From assembly GCA_034434835.1 (NCBI GenBank), contig DAOTXX010000104.1:1-54315 (forward strand): a stretch of 54,315 bases of DNA, in the 5' to 3' direction. This stretch comes from Thermoflexales bacterium. Lineage in GTDB: Bacteria > Chloroflexota > Anaerolineae > Fen-1058. A program made the translations under genes and the position numbers. Positions 10,030 through 19,265 of the stretch are shown piece by piece. The number at the start of each line of letters is the position of its first letter. The first letter of the stretch is position 1. The notes under the pieces are model-generated. The model saw nothing but the letters and a program-made list of their open reading frames with translations. It ran no database searches and was not told where the DNA came from.

Positions 10030-12750
10030 TTATCCTAATGCGCGGAGTTGTTCATCGAGCCTGGCCCGTTTTTGCACCAGGTCAACCAGCTTGTCGCGTT
10101 CTTTTTGCACGACAGGCGCAGGCGCTCGGGTCGCAAAATCGCTCGCCAACAATTTTTCGCTGCGTTCGATTTGCGCTTCCACTTGGTTCAACTCTTGGGT
10201 CAGTCGAGCCTTCTCCGCTTCCACATCCACCATCTGCGCGAACGGCAGATAGACCGTCACCGCGCCCAGCACGAGCGAGAGCGCCTTTTTGGGCGGCGCA
10301 GCGAGTTTATCGAGCACGACGATGCCGCGCTCGTCGAGCCGCGCCAGCATCGCCAGTTCGGCGCGATGGCTCTCGAACAGGTGCGCGTGTTCGCCCGCGA
10401 CGATGAGCGCGGCGGTTTTCTTTTCCGGCTTGACGTTGAACTCGGCGCGAGCATTGCGCACGGCGCGGATCGCGTCCATGAGCAGATTCATTTGCCGCTC
10501 GGCGGCTGGGTCCGTCGGGCCGGGCTGCGGCCACGGCGCGATGATGAGCGCTTCGGGCCATTCGGCCTGCTGCGGCTTGGTTGGCTTGTCGCCCAGTGCG
10601 GCCTGGCGCAGGTGCTGCCACACCTCTTCGGTCACGAACGGCATGTAGGGATGCAAGAGCCGCATCGCCTGGTCGAGCACGTAAATCAGTGTGCACTGCG
10701 CGCCGGCCCGGGCTTCCTCGTCGCCGCTGTTCAATGCGAGCTTGGACATCTCGATATACCAGTCGCAGAACTCGTTCCAGATGAACTCATAGATCAAGCG
10801 TCCGGCTTCGCCGAACTGGTATTCCTCGATCAGCCGGGTTGCATCGGCAATCGTCCGGTTGAGCCGCGACATGATCCAGCGCTGCGCGAGTTCACCGCCA
10901 TTGGCAGCGGGCGCTTCGGCTTCGGTTTCCATGCGCCAGCATGGGCCGCCCGCCCGCCATACGTCTGGTTTGACGTTCGACACTACAAATCGTGCCGCGT
11001 TCCAAATCTTGTTGGCAAAGTTGCGATTGGCCTCGATGCGCTTGACTTCGAGGTTCATGTCGTTGCCGGGCGTGGACCCCGTGAGCAGCGTGAAGCGCAA
11101 GGCGTCGGTGCCGTACTGGTTCATCACGTCCAGCGGGTCAATCGTATTCCCCAACGACTTGGACATCTTGCGACCTTCGGCGTCGCGGATCAGGCCGTGC
11201 AAATAGATGGTGGTGAACGGCGGCTTGCCGGTGAACTCGAGGCCGAACATGATCATCCGCGCTACCCAAAAGAACAGGATGTCATAGCCGGTTTCCATCA
11301 CCGTCGTCGGGTAAAACTCTTTCATGTCGGGAGTCTCGTCGGGCCAACCAAGCGTGGAGAACGGCCACAGCGCCGAACTGAACCACGTGTCGAGCACGTC
11401 TGGGTCTTGGACGATGTCGTGCCGCCCGCATTTTTCGCATGAGCTGGGGTCGAGCCGCGCGGCCCACTCGTGCCCGCAGTCCTTGCATGTCCACACCGGG
11501 ATGCGATGTCCCCACCACAACTGGCGGCTGATGCACCAATCGCGGATGTGTTCCGGGTCGAGCCAGTTGTAGTAAATCTTGGTGAACCGCTCCGGGATGA
11601 TCTTGATGTGGCCGTCTTGTACGGCGCGCATGGCCTTTTCGGCCAGCGGCCTGATTTTGATATACCACTGCGTCGAGACCATTGGTTCGATGATCTCGCC
11701 GCCGCGCTGCGAGCGCGGGATCTGCGTCGTGTACTTTTCGGTCTTGATCGTCAGCCCGGCCGCTTCCATGTCGGCCCACAGCTTTTCGCGGCACTCGAAG
11801 CGGTCCATGCCGGCGTATGGCCCGGCCGCCTCGCTCATCGTGCCATCGGGATTGAGCACGTTGACGATGGGCAGGCCGTGCCGCTGGCCGATCTCGTAAT
11901 CGGCCGGATCGTGACCGGGCGTGATCTTCAAAGCGCCGGTGCCAAATTCCATCGAGACGTAGGTATCGTGAATCACCGGGATGGGCCGGTTGAGGATCGG
12001 CACCAGGCACGTCTCGCCAATCAGATGGCGGTATCGCTCGTCGTCGGGATGCACCGCCACGGCGGTATCGCCCAAGATCGTCTCCGGGCGCACGGTCGCC
12101 ACGGGAATGTATTGCTCCGGCTTGCCCGCGATGGGGTACTTGAAATAGTACAGCGCGACTTGTTCTTCGCTGTATTCTACTTCGAGGTCGGACACGGCGG
12201 TCTTGAGGCCGGGCGACCAGTTCACCAGGTACGTGCCGCGATAGATGAGGCCCTTTTCGTACAGGCGTACGAACGCTTCGCGCACGGCGCGCGAAAGCCC
12301 CTCGTCCATCGTGAACCGCTCGCGCTCCCAGTCGCAGCTTGCGCCCAGCCGCCTGTGCTGCTGCGTGATGTACGAGCCGTACTTTTCTTTCCATTCCCAC
12401 GTGCGGCGCAAGAATTCTTCGCGCCCGATCTCCTCGCGGCTGGTGCCTTCGGCGTGCAGCATCCTTTCGACCTGCAACTGCGTGGCAATGCCGGCGTGAT
12501 CCGAGCCGGGCACCCACAGCGTCTTGTCTCCGCGCATTCGATGGTAACGGATCAGCATGTCTTCGATGGATGCGGTGATGGCGTGACCCATGTGCAGCCC
12601 GCCGGTCACGTTGGGCGGCGGCATCGAGATGACAAATCGTGCGGCGTGCTTGCCGCCGCGCGGCTTGAAGTAACCGCGCTTTTCCCACCAGGCGTAGAGA
12701 CGTTCTTCAGTGGATTGAAAGTCATAGGTTTTGGGCATGTCTTTGGTCAT
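10030..12750 (-). CDS. valS: valine--tRNA ligase
   Basis: 906 aa; PPPNVTGGLHMGHA (HIGH), KMSKSLGN, WCISRQLWWGHRIP, C-terminal coiled coil typical of ValS; RBS CAGGAGA. Confidence 0.9.
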   Translation of the reverse strand: MTKDMPKTYDFQSTEERLYAWWEKRGYFKPRGGKHAARFVISMPPPNVTGGLHMGHAITASIEDMLIRYHRMRGDKTLWVPGSDHAGIATQLQVERMLHAEGTSREEIGREEFLRRTWEWKEKYGSYITQQHRRLGASCDWERERFTMDEGLSRAVREAFVRLYEKGLIYRGTYLVNWSPGLKTAVSDLEVEYSEEQVALYYFKYPIAGKPEQYIPVATVRPETILGDTAVAVHPDDERYRHLIGETCLVPILNRPIPVIHDTYVSMEFGTGALKITPGHDPADYEIGQRHGLPIVNVLNPDGTMSEAAGPYAGMDRFECREKLWADMEAAGLTIKTEKYTTQIPRSQRGGEIIEPMVSTQWYIKIRPLAEKAMRAVQDGHIKIIPERFTKIYYNWLDPEHIRDWCISRQLWWGHRIPVWTCKDCGHEWAARLDPSSCEKCGRHDIVQDPDVLDTWFSSALWPFSTLGWPDETPDMKEFYPTTVMETGYDILFFWVARMIMFGLEFTGKPPFTTIYLHGLIRDAEGRKMSKSLGNTIDPLDVMNQYGTDALRFTLLTGSTPGNDMNLEVKRIEANRNFANKIWNAARFVVSNVKPDVWRAGGPCWRMETEAEAPAANGGELAQRWIMSRLNRTIADATRLIEEYQFGEAGRLIYEFIWNEFCDWYIEMSKLALNSGDEEARAGAQCTLIYVLDQAMRLLHPYMPFVTEEVWQHLRQAALGDKPTKPQQAEWPEALIIAPWPQPGPTDPAAERQMNLLMDAIRAVRNARAEFNVKPEKKTAALIVAGEHAHLFESHRAELAMLARLDERGIVVLDKLAAPPKKALSLVLGAVTVYLPFAQMVDVEAEKARLTQELNQVEAQIERSEKLLASDFATRAPAPVVQKERDKLVDLVQKRARLDEQLRALG

Positions 12751-12821
12751 GGATGGTCTCCTGAGTTTGCCAAATCATCATATTTCTGTTGGCGATTTCG
12801 ATGGAAGATGGTTCTGCTGCT

Positions 12822-12914
12822 GTCAACGAATATCAAACGAATAAACGAATGATGGTCACATCTCTCTGTTAGCGATTCGTTTATTCGTTGCGCCGAAGGC
12901 GATTCGTTGACAGA
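12822..12914. promoter_or_regulatory. ~90-bp palindromic element upstream of valS built from AACGAAT repeats
   Basis: CTGTCAACGAAT...AAACGAATAAACGAAT // ATTCGTTTATTCGTT...ATTCGTTGACAG; perfect 12-bp outer inverted repeat; no T-box sequence present. Confidence 0.4.
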
Positions 12915-12956
12915 TTCCCGCTGAACAGTTACACCCGCGCTCCGCTTCGCGTGAAT

Positions 12957-13267
12957 CCGGCTAGCCCCGTCACGGGGCGCTGCTGTGTAGCGCGGCGAAT
13001 TCATCGCCGCGCGATCACGCGCCTCAAAGAACACTTCCCACAGCTGTGGTTGCTCGTCAGTTGCGCTCGCGCGGGCTGCCCGCGCTACGATGCTGCGCCG
13101 GATAAATCCGGCTAGCCCCGTCACGGGGCGCTGCTCTGTAGCGCAGAATTCATCGCCGCGCGATCACGCGCCTCAAAGAACACTTCCCACAGCTATGGTT
13201 GCTCGTCGGTTGCGCTCGCGCGGGCATGAACTGCCCGCGCTACGATGCTGCGCCGGATAAATCCGGC
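12957..13267. repeat. REP-like array (two tandem ~150-bp units) flanking RAYT
   Basis: tandem duplication of unit containing hairpins CCCCGTCACGGGG, GCGCGGGCTGCCCGCGC, CCGGATAAATCCGG; third diverged copy at 13855-13997. Confidence 0.8.
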
Positions 13268-13762
13268 TTATGCGCTTATCGCATCCAACTCGCGCCGCCA
13301 TTCATCTTCCTCAAGCCAGTAACTTGCGCTCGATTCATGCGCGAACTTGACGCCGATGCCGTCTGTGCGCTCCAAAATGGAAATGGTCGTGCCTTGCGCG
13401 TGATGTTCTTTTTGATGTTCGACGTAAGCAACATAGTTGGGCAAACGCTTGCTGTCGAAAGAGAAGACGCCGTATTCTTCTTGCCAAAAGAAGGGAGCAT
13501 TGCCCTGCCCCAATTTATTGAACTTGGTGGACGCGACTGCTTTGATCTGCCCGATAAATTTGGCGACTGCGATGGTAGGCGCGATGGCGGCGACCATGTG
13601 AACGTGATCGGCCGTCCCATTCAATGCAAATATAGTTGCGCCAAGCCCAATGGCCTTGCTTCGCAGAAATCCATAGATAACGGATTCAACCTCTGGCGTG
13701 AGCAGGGGTAATCTGTCTTTAGTTGACCAGACGATGTGGTAAAAGAGTCGCCAGTAGGGCAT
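13268..13762 (-). CDS. tnpA: IS200-like / REP-associated tyrosine transposase (RAYT)
   Basis: 164 aa MPYWRLFYHIVWSTKDRLPLL..., HVHMV (HuH) motif; flanked both sides by REP-like hairpin repeats. Confidence 0.8.
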   Translation of the reverse strand: MPYWRLFYHIVWSTKDRLPLLTPEVESVIYGFLRSKAIGLGATIFALNGTADHVHMVAAIAPTIAVAKFIGQIKAVASTKFNKLGQGNAPFFWQEEYGVFSFDSKRLPNYVAYVEHQKEHHAQGTTISILERTDGIGVKFAHESSASYWLEEDEWRRELDAISA

Positions 13763-13854
13763 TGTTTAACCTTTCCGCGTAGATTGATTACTGTGTTGGA
13801 TCAATCCGATTGGTCAGGCCGCCCGCGCTGCCGATCCGCGCCAGATTGCAAAGC

Positions 13855-13997
13855 ATCCGGTTAGCCCCATTCATGGGGCGCTGCTCTGTAGCGCAGCGAA
13901 TTCATCGCCGCGCGATCCGGCATGTCCAAGAACGCTTCCCACGCCAGTGGCGACCCGGCAATCGTATCCGCGCGGGTATGAAATGCGCCCGATGCCC
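13855..13997. repeat. diverged REP-like unit on other side of RAYT
   Basis: ~75% identical to units at 12957-13267 (GGTTAGCCCCATTCATGGGGCGCTGCTCTGTAGCGCAGCGAATTCATCGCCGCGCGATC...). Confidence 0.7.
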
Positions 13998-14337
13998 ATC
14001 ACCGCTTCTCCGCTTCTTGGATCACCTTCCTCACCCGGCTCGCTTGCGAACTCGACAGGTCAGCCATGCGTTTCTCCAGTGCCTGGATGAACTTGGCTTT
14101 GTTCCTGGCGTTCACCGCTGCAAGCGTTGACGCGGCGTGCTGTGGGACATCACGTTGGGATTCTCATTCCAAAGGTTTTCGGCGATCTCTCGAATCCCTT
14201 TTCGATCCTTGGCGGCAGCCAGTTCCCTGGCAAGCTGCTGGTTCGGCGCCTCATCACGCCGATTCTGAAAGTGGGCAATTCGATTGAGAACGGACATGGC
14301 TGTGCTCCTTTGGTGTCGCGCGCGTTATGGCAATCCA

Positions 14338-15411
14338 TCATCTCGCCGGTTGCACGTCGCTGACGCCGCCCAGTGCATTGACCTTGAACGTCCACCGACT
14401 GCCTGGGGTGAATCGGGCAAACTCGGAGGCGGTGGACGGGGAAAAGGTGTACTGGGTGTCGTTGGCGATCAGAATCACTCGATATTTTTCTTCTCGCTCG
14501 CCTTCGCGCTGATTTGAACGGAGATTCGGTTCGGGCCAGCGGGGATTTGTATCGCTGCCATTGGCAATGGCCCGATTTACCACCTGCCACTCTGTGGCCG
14601 TGTACTTGCACCAATTATCGTAGACACGATACTGGCAATCCTGCACGACCTTGCCTTTGCCGGTGCCCTGGTCAATAACGTATGGCGTGCCGCATACTTT
14701 TTCTGCGCCGGGCGCGGGCTGATCCTGGGTCGAGCGGACCTTGCGTGTGCACATGCCTTTATCTGCGCCGGATGGAATCTGATTCTCCCAAGTCTCGCGT
14801 GTCACAGGCCGCTGTTCCATGATCTCGATGGTGCGTTCCCAGGCAATAGATTGAACGACGCCGGATACCTCTGTGGTGCGCATGGTCAACGCGGCAAAGA
14901 CGATGCCGCAGATGCACAATAGGATCAAAGCGACCGCGCCGATGACCATGGCGGCTCGATTCGGTTGAGCCGGCGCCGAAGGGCGTGGCGGCGCGGGAGC
15001 TGGCCGTTTGATCAAGTCGCCGCCGCACTTTTTGCAGCGTGGAGCATGGGGCAGATTCGGTTCACCGCAGTAAGGGCAGGGCTGTTCGGCGACCGGCCCG
15101 GTCTGCAAGCTGCCTAGAATCTGGCCGGCCGAACGCGCAGCGGCCCCGGCGAGCGCAGCGCCGCACTGCGAACAGGTGAGGGCGTCGGCCGGATTGCGCG
15201 TCCCGCAGAAGGGGCAATGCACGTCCGGGCCAGGCTGAGCAGCGACGTCGGCTGCCGCGATCAGTTCTTGTTGCTGTGGTAACTCGAATTGATCTTGCGC
15301 ATCCATCGCCGCGCCACACCCGGCGCAGGTTTTGTATGTCCCGGCGTTCTTGGTGCCACAGCGCTTGCACGTCCATTCCAATTCGACATAGCCCAGAGTT
15401 TCCCGAGTCAT
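14338..15411 (-). CDS. zinc-ribbon domain membrane protein
   Basis: ATG 15411 with AAGGAG RBS; three CxxC...CxxC zinc-ribbon units, one TM helix (MVIGAVALILLCICGIVFAAL), extracytoplasmic C-terminal domain. Confidence 0.5.
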   Translation of the reverse strand: MTRETLGYVELEWTCKRCGTKNAGTYKTCAGCGAAMDAQDQFELPQQQELIAAADVAAQPGPDVHCPFCGTRNPADALTCSQCGAALAGAAARSAGQILGSLQTGPVAEQPCPYCGEPNLPHAPRCKKCGGDLIKRPAPAPPRPSAPAQPNRAAMVIGAVALILLCICGIVFAALTMRTTEVSGVVQSIAWERTIEIMEQRPVTRETWENQIPSGADKGMCTRKVRSTQDQPAPGAEKVCGTPYVIDQGTGKGKVVQDCQYRVYDNWCKYTATEWQVVNRAIANGSDTNPRWPEPNLRSNQREGEREEKYRVILIANDTQYTFSPSTASEFARFTPGSRWTFKVNALGGVSDVQPAR

Positions 15412-15421
15412 CTTACTCCTT

Positions 15422-17944
15422 TCAGGTCTCGTCTGCTCGAGAGCCACTGGCGATTGCGCACTCGATTTGGATGACGAGCGAGCTTGCGTCGGCCTGCTCG
15501 CTAATCTCTACCTTGTCCGTGCGCGTGATGCTCATTATATCAAAGATGCTGGCTTTGAGCATTTGAGCTAACCTGGCGTCACGTGTGGCGATCTGCAATC
15601 GCTCGATCTTGGCGCTGAGCGCCAGACTGTGCTCGGTCTTGAAGCGGCGCACGGCTGTGGCGATCTCGATCAGCCGCTCGCCAACCGATTCGGCTCCATC
15701 GTCCTCCAGTGATTTGTCCGGCGTAGGCCAACGGGAAAGATGGATGGATTGAATGGTAGGGGCGACCCCCGCTGTTGCTCTGCTGTGGGCAGGCGCAAGG
15801 CCTGCCCCTACGGCAGGCGCGAACAGATGACGATAAATCTCCTCGGTCACGTGAGGCAGGATGGGTGCAAACAGTTTCAAGATGGTCAGGAATACGTGAT
15901 GCAACGCCCAGCGTGCGCCCTCTGATTCTTGTGGTGTACCTTCATACAGGCGCAGCTTTGCCATCTCCAGATAGTTGTCGGCCAGGTCTTTCCAAAAGAA
16001 TGTTTCCATCTCGCTCTTGGCGGTGGCGTACTCGTAATCGCGGAACAGGTTGGTCACGCGCCGAATGAGTCGCTGCGTCCGACTCAGAATCCAGCGGTCG
16101 GCAGGTGATAAATCTGGAATGCCGGCTTCAGCCGGCTTACCGGCTAAAGCCGGTGTTCCAGCTAGGAATCGCTGGCTGAACTGTGCCACGTTCCACAGCT
16201 TGGTCACGAGCTTGGCCCCGGCCTGCACCTTTTCTTCGCTGATGTAGGCATCTTTACCAAAGCCGGTGCTGGCGGCCCAATAGCGCACGGCATCCGCCGA
16301 ATATTTCTCAATCATCGCCATCGGGGCGATTGGCCCACCGCCTCGGCTCTTGCTGATTTTGCCTGCCCCTTCCGGCGCCAGCCCCCAACCCGAGATCGCC
16401 ACGTCTTTCCACGGCAATGCGTCAAAGTGGTGATGCGATTTGGCGATCGTGTAAAACGCCCACGTCCGAATGATCTCGTGCGCCTGAGGTCGAAGCGAGA
16501 ATGGAAACACTTGCTTGTACAACGCAGGATCATTGAGCCATTGTCCCACAATCTGCGGCGAAAGCGACGACGTGGCCCACGTGTCCATCACGTCCTGCTC
16601 AGGCGCAAATGACGTGCTTCCACATTTGCAAGGTTTGGCCGGCTTGTTCTCGAACGGGTCAACCGGCAGTTGCGCTTCGTCAGCCAGGTTGACCTCGCCG
16701 CAGGCCGTGCAATACCACACCGGAAACGCCACGCCAAAGTAACGCTGCCGCGAGATGCACCAGTCCCACTTGAGTCCCTCGATCCAATCTCGATAGCGCG
16801 CTTGCATATGAGGCGGGTGCCACGTCATCTGGTTCCCTGCTGCGAGCAGTTCGCGCTTGAAATCGAGCACGCGGATGAACCACTGCCGCGTGACAATGTG
16901 CTCGACCGGCGTGTCGCAACGCTCGTGCACGCGCACCGACTGTGGGGTAGGGCGCTGGGCAAGTAACAGACCGTGTTGATCCATCGCCTCGACAATCTGT
17001 TTCCGCGCCTCGGTCGTGGAGAGGCCAGCGAAATCCCCTGCGACTTGCGTCATGCGGCCTGTTTTGTCAATCGCTTCGACGAGCGGCAGGTGATGTGTGT
17101 ACCACCACTGCACGTCGGTCACGTCGCCGAATGTGCAGCACATCACCACGCCCGTACCTTTTTCCGGATCGGTGGCTCTGTCCTCCAGGATACTCACCTT
17201 TTGACCAAACAGCGGCACGATTATCTGCTGGCCCACGAGCGATTTGAAGCGCCGGTCGTCTGGATGCACAAACATGGCCACACACGCAGGCAGCAGTTCG
17301 GGGCGCGTCGTGGCGATGGGCACGGTCTCGCCACTTGCGAGTTTGAAGGCGAGCGTGTAGAACACTGTCTCGCGTTCCAGGTCGTTCAGTTCCGCTTCGG
17401 CAATCGCCGTGCGACATTCGGGGCACCAGATCGCCGGGGCCTTTTGGCGATAGGCCAACCTCTTGCGATATAGGTCAATGAACGACAGTTGCGCCGTGCG
17501 GCGCGAGAGCGCGTCAATCGTGCGATAGGTGTAGCACCAGTCAATCGAAAGCCCCAGCCGTTGCCAGAGTGCCTGGTAGTCCTTTTCCGCCTCGACGCTC
17601 ACCTCAAGGCATTTTTCGATGAACGCCTGCCGTCCCATGTCGGCCGCGCGGATGCCCAGCCGCTTTTCGATCAGTCGCTCGGTGGGCAGGCCGTTATCGT
17701 CATAGCCCATCGGATAAAACACGTTGTAGCCGTTCATCCGCCAAAAGCGCGCCATGAAATCTGTCTGGCTGTAGGAATAGACATGGCCCAAGTGCAGATG
17801 ACCCGAGACCGTCGGCGGCGGCGTGTCAATCGAATAGACCGGTCCATCGCGCTGCGGATCGAAATGATAAATGCCGACTTCTTGCCACAAGGTTTGAAGT
17901 TGCGGTTCGGCTGTGCCAGGTTGATAACATTTTGGCAAAGGCAT
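15422..17944 (-). CDS. class Ia aminoacyl-tRNA ligase, ValS-like paralog (T-box regulated)
   Basis: 840 aa; PPPTVSGHLHLGH (HIGH-like), KISKSRGG (KMSKS-like), WCISRQRYFG; N-terminus LPKxYxP like ValS but GYDDNGLPTE resembles Leu/IleS; lacks ValS C-terminal coiled coil; exact specificity unresolved. Confidence 0.7.
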   Translation of the reverse strand: MPLPKCYQPGTAEPQLQTLWQEVGIYHFDPQRDGPVYSIDTPPPTVSGHLHLGHVYSYSQTDFMARFWRMNGYNVFYPMGYDDNGLPTERLIEKRLGIRAADMGRQAFIEKCLEVSVEAEKDYQALWQRLGLSIDWCYTYRTIDALSRRTAQLSFIDLYRKRLAYRQKAPAIWCPECRTAIAEAELNDLERETVFYTLAFKLASGETVPIATTRPELLPACVAMFVHPDDRRFKSLVGQQIIVPLFGQKVSILEDRATDPEKGTGVVMCCTFGDVTDVQWWYTHHLPLVEAIDKTGRMTQVAGDFAGLSTTEARKQIVEAMDQHGLLLAQRPTPQSVRVHERCDTPVEHIVTRQWFIRVLDFKRELLAAGNQMTWHPPHMQARYRDWIEGLKWDWCISRQRYFGVAFPVWYCTACGEVNLADEAQLPVDPFENKPAKPCKCGSTSFAPEQDVMDTWATSSLSPQIVGQWLNDPALYKQVFPFSLRPQAHEIIRTWAFYTIAKSHHHFDALPWKDVAISGWGLAPEGAGKISKSRGGGPIAPMAMIEKYSADAVRYWAASTGFGKDAYISEEKVQAGAKLVTKLWNVAQFSQRFLAGTPALAGKPAEAGIPDLSPADRWILSRTQRLIRRVTNLFRDYEYATAKSEMETFFWKDLADNYLEMAKLRLYEGTPQESEGARWALHHVFLTILKLFAPILPHVTEEIYRHLFAPAVGAGLAPAHSRATAGVAPTIQSIHLSRWPTPDKSLEDDGAESVGERLIEIATAVRRFKTEHSLALSAKIERLQIATRDARLAQMLKASIFDIMSITRTDKVEISEQADASSLVIQIECAIASGSRADET

Positions 17945-18264
17945 ATCTTTTTCTCGTACTGCATATTGCGTACTGCGCGCTTACGGAACACGCAACACGC
18001 AATAGAAACAAAATCCCCTTCCGCTCAAGGGCGAAAGGGGAAACCTTCCGTGGTACCACCTTGTTTTGCTGTACATTACTGCGCCAGCACTCTCATCATC
18101 CCGACCATCATCAGGGTATGGCGATAACGGGCCAGCCCGGTTCCGGCTCCCAAGCGACCTTCAGCCGCACTTGCTGCGAGAGGCTTGCACCCGGTGGCCT
18201 CTCTTCGCTATCAGCAGGCTGCGGCCTACTCCTCTTGTTCACCGCCGTTTGCTTTGGCTTGTTG
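17945..18264 (-). ncRNA. T-box riboswitch leader
   Basis: minus strand has GUGA/AGAG/AGUA stem-I elements, T-box sequence GGUGGUACCACGG (consensus GGUGGNACCGCGG, UGGU can pair tRNA ACCA with A73), followed by terminator CCCCUUUCGC-loop-GCGGAAGGGG + AUUUUGUUU. Confidence 0.75.
18006..18040 (-). terminator. T-box intrinsic terminator hairpin
   Basis: 10-bp stem (one G-U) with U-rich tail on minus strand, immediately 3' of T-box sequence. Confidence 0.7.
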
Positions 18265-18270
18265 GTTACG

Positions 18271-18299
18271 ATTCTAGCACGAACCGTCATAAGCGGCAA
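18271..18299 (-). promoter_or_regulatory. sigma70-like promoter of T-box/aaRS transcript
   Basis: minus strand TTGCCG-17 nt-TAGAAT. Confidence 0.45.
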
Positions 18300-18316
18300 G
18301 CGCCACGGACAGCGTA

Positions 18317-19249
18317 TTACTCGATGCGGCCAAAGGCGCGCAGCATTGTCAGGGTGTCGAGCGTCAGGCTGCCACACCACTCGAGCCGGGCTTGCGCCCA
18401 AGCGTCGGGATACAGGTCGCCCCAACTCCACGTCGGCTCCCAAGTGCCTTCGGCGGTTTGATGCTCGATCTGATAGTCGAGGTTGAGCGACAAAACATCC
18501 TCAAGCAGATCTGCCACAAGTGAGCGAGGTGATGGCGCCAGCTTGAGCGGCGTGATGCAGTACGAACTCCACTTTTGCGGATCGCGGGCGACAACGTTGG
18601 GCGTCACCGAGCGAATTCGGGCAGTCAGGCGCGCCTTGAATCGTTCGGCCAGTTCTTCCGTCTCTGTCAGCTCAATGGCATAGTGTAGATCGTCTCCGCC
18701 GCCTGTTCCAAGTCTTTCGATGGTCTCTATGCAGGTGACTGTGCTTTCGGTGACATCAGCCAGCCATTGTGGGGGCACGAGTGCGGCATAGTGATGGAGC
18801 AGACCCACCAACTCGGCGCGTGGGATGATGAGGAAATTGTCAAAGGTCCGGGCCAAGCTGCCGTTTTCATCGTGCCACCAGGGCGCGTGCGGATACTTGT
18901 TCGTGTCGGCAGGGACCACGCGCCACACCTTATTGGATGCATCGAACGTCGCCAGCAAAAACTCGACGGCTCGCTTCACCATCGGATGATTGGCCGGACG
19001 GTCCAATTCCCTGAGCAACCGCAGCCCGATGCCGGTCGCCAGTGCAGACGATGTGGGCGTACGCATGTCCGGCTCGAGCGCATGGCCGAATCCGCCATCG
19101 TCGTCTTGAAAGTGAGCCAACTCGCGCAGCACACTTTCGGCAGGCGCTCCCTCAAAGCGATGCTCAAACAGCGCGCGGTCGAGTGGGCGTGCTTGCGTCC
19201 TCAGAAACTCGCGCGCTCGTTCGAACGATGCACGGCTCAGTTGTTTCAT
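18317..19249 (-). CDS. hypothetical protein (possible alpha/alpha-toroid, QDDDGGFG motif)
   Basis: ATG 19249 with GGGGGAG RBS, begins just after ClbS stop; ~310 aa; no confident family assignment. Confidence 0.4.
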   Translation of the reverse strand: MKQLSRASFERAREFLRTQARPLDRALFEHRFEGAPAESVLRELAHFQDDDGGFGHALEPDMRTPTSSALATGIGLRLLRELDRPANHPMVKRAVEFLLATFDASNKVWRVVPADTNKYPHAPWWHDENGSLARTFDNFLIIPRAELVGLLHHYAALVPPQWLADVTESTVTCIETIERLGTGGGDDLHYAIELTETEELAERFKARLTARIRSVTPNVVARDPQKWSSYCITPLKLAPSPRSLVADLLEDVLSLNLDYQIEHQTAEGTWEPTWSWGDLYPDAWAQARLEWCGSLTLDTLTMLRAFGRIE

Positions 19250-19265
19250 CGCTCCCCCTGCCATC

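Noticed and set aside
10048-12852. Long antisense or alternate-frame ORFs inside valS (464 aa, 468 aa, 460 aa)
   Set aside because: They overlap a well-supported valS; high GC suppresses stop codons; translations are Arg/Ala/Gly-rich low-complexity. The same applies to 513-1505, 1685-2320, 25798-27315, 38394-39338, 39821-41425, 43253-44146, 45865-46713, 47283-48137, 52911-54287 and other antisense ORFs in the track.
12747-13124. 125-aa and other ORFs (12888-13115, 13199-13711, 13810-14130) across the REP arrays
   Set aside because: They run through tandem hairpin repeats and overlap or oppose the RAYT gene; no coding signal.
14000-14297. 61-aa ORF plus an adjacent out-of-frame segment (..NARNKAKFIQALEKRMADLSSSQASRVRKVIQEAEKR) possibly forming one frameshifted small gene
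   Set aside because: No recognisable family, no clear RBS, and it lies in REP-rich DNA next to the RAYT. Cannot distinguish a decayed gene from noise.
18100-18160. Gly (GGU) reading of the T-box specifier region GAAGGUC
   Set aside because: The T-box bulge UGGU predicts a tRNA with A73, which is incompatible with tRNA-Gly (U73), and the downstream gene is a class-I Val/Leu/Ile-type synthetase. The GUC/Val reading is retained but flagged as uncertain.
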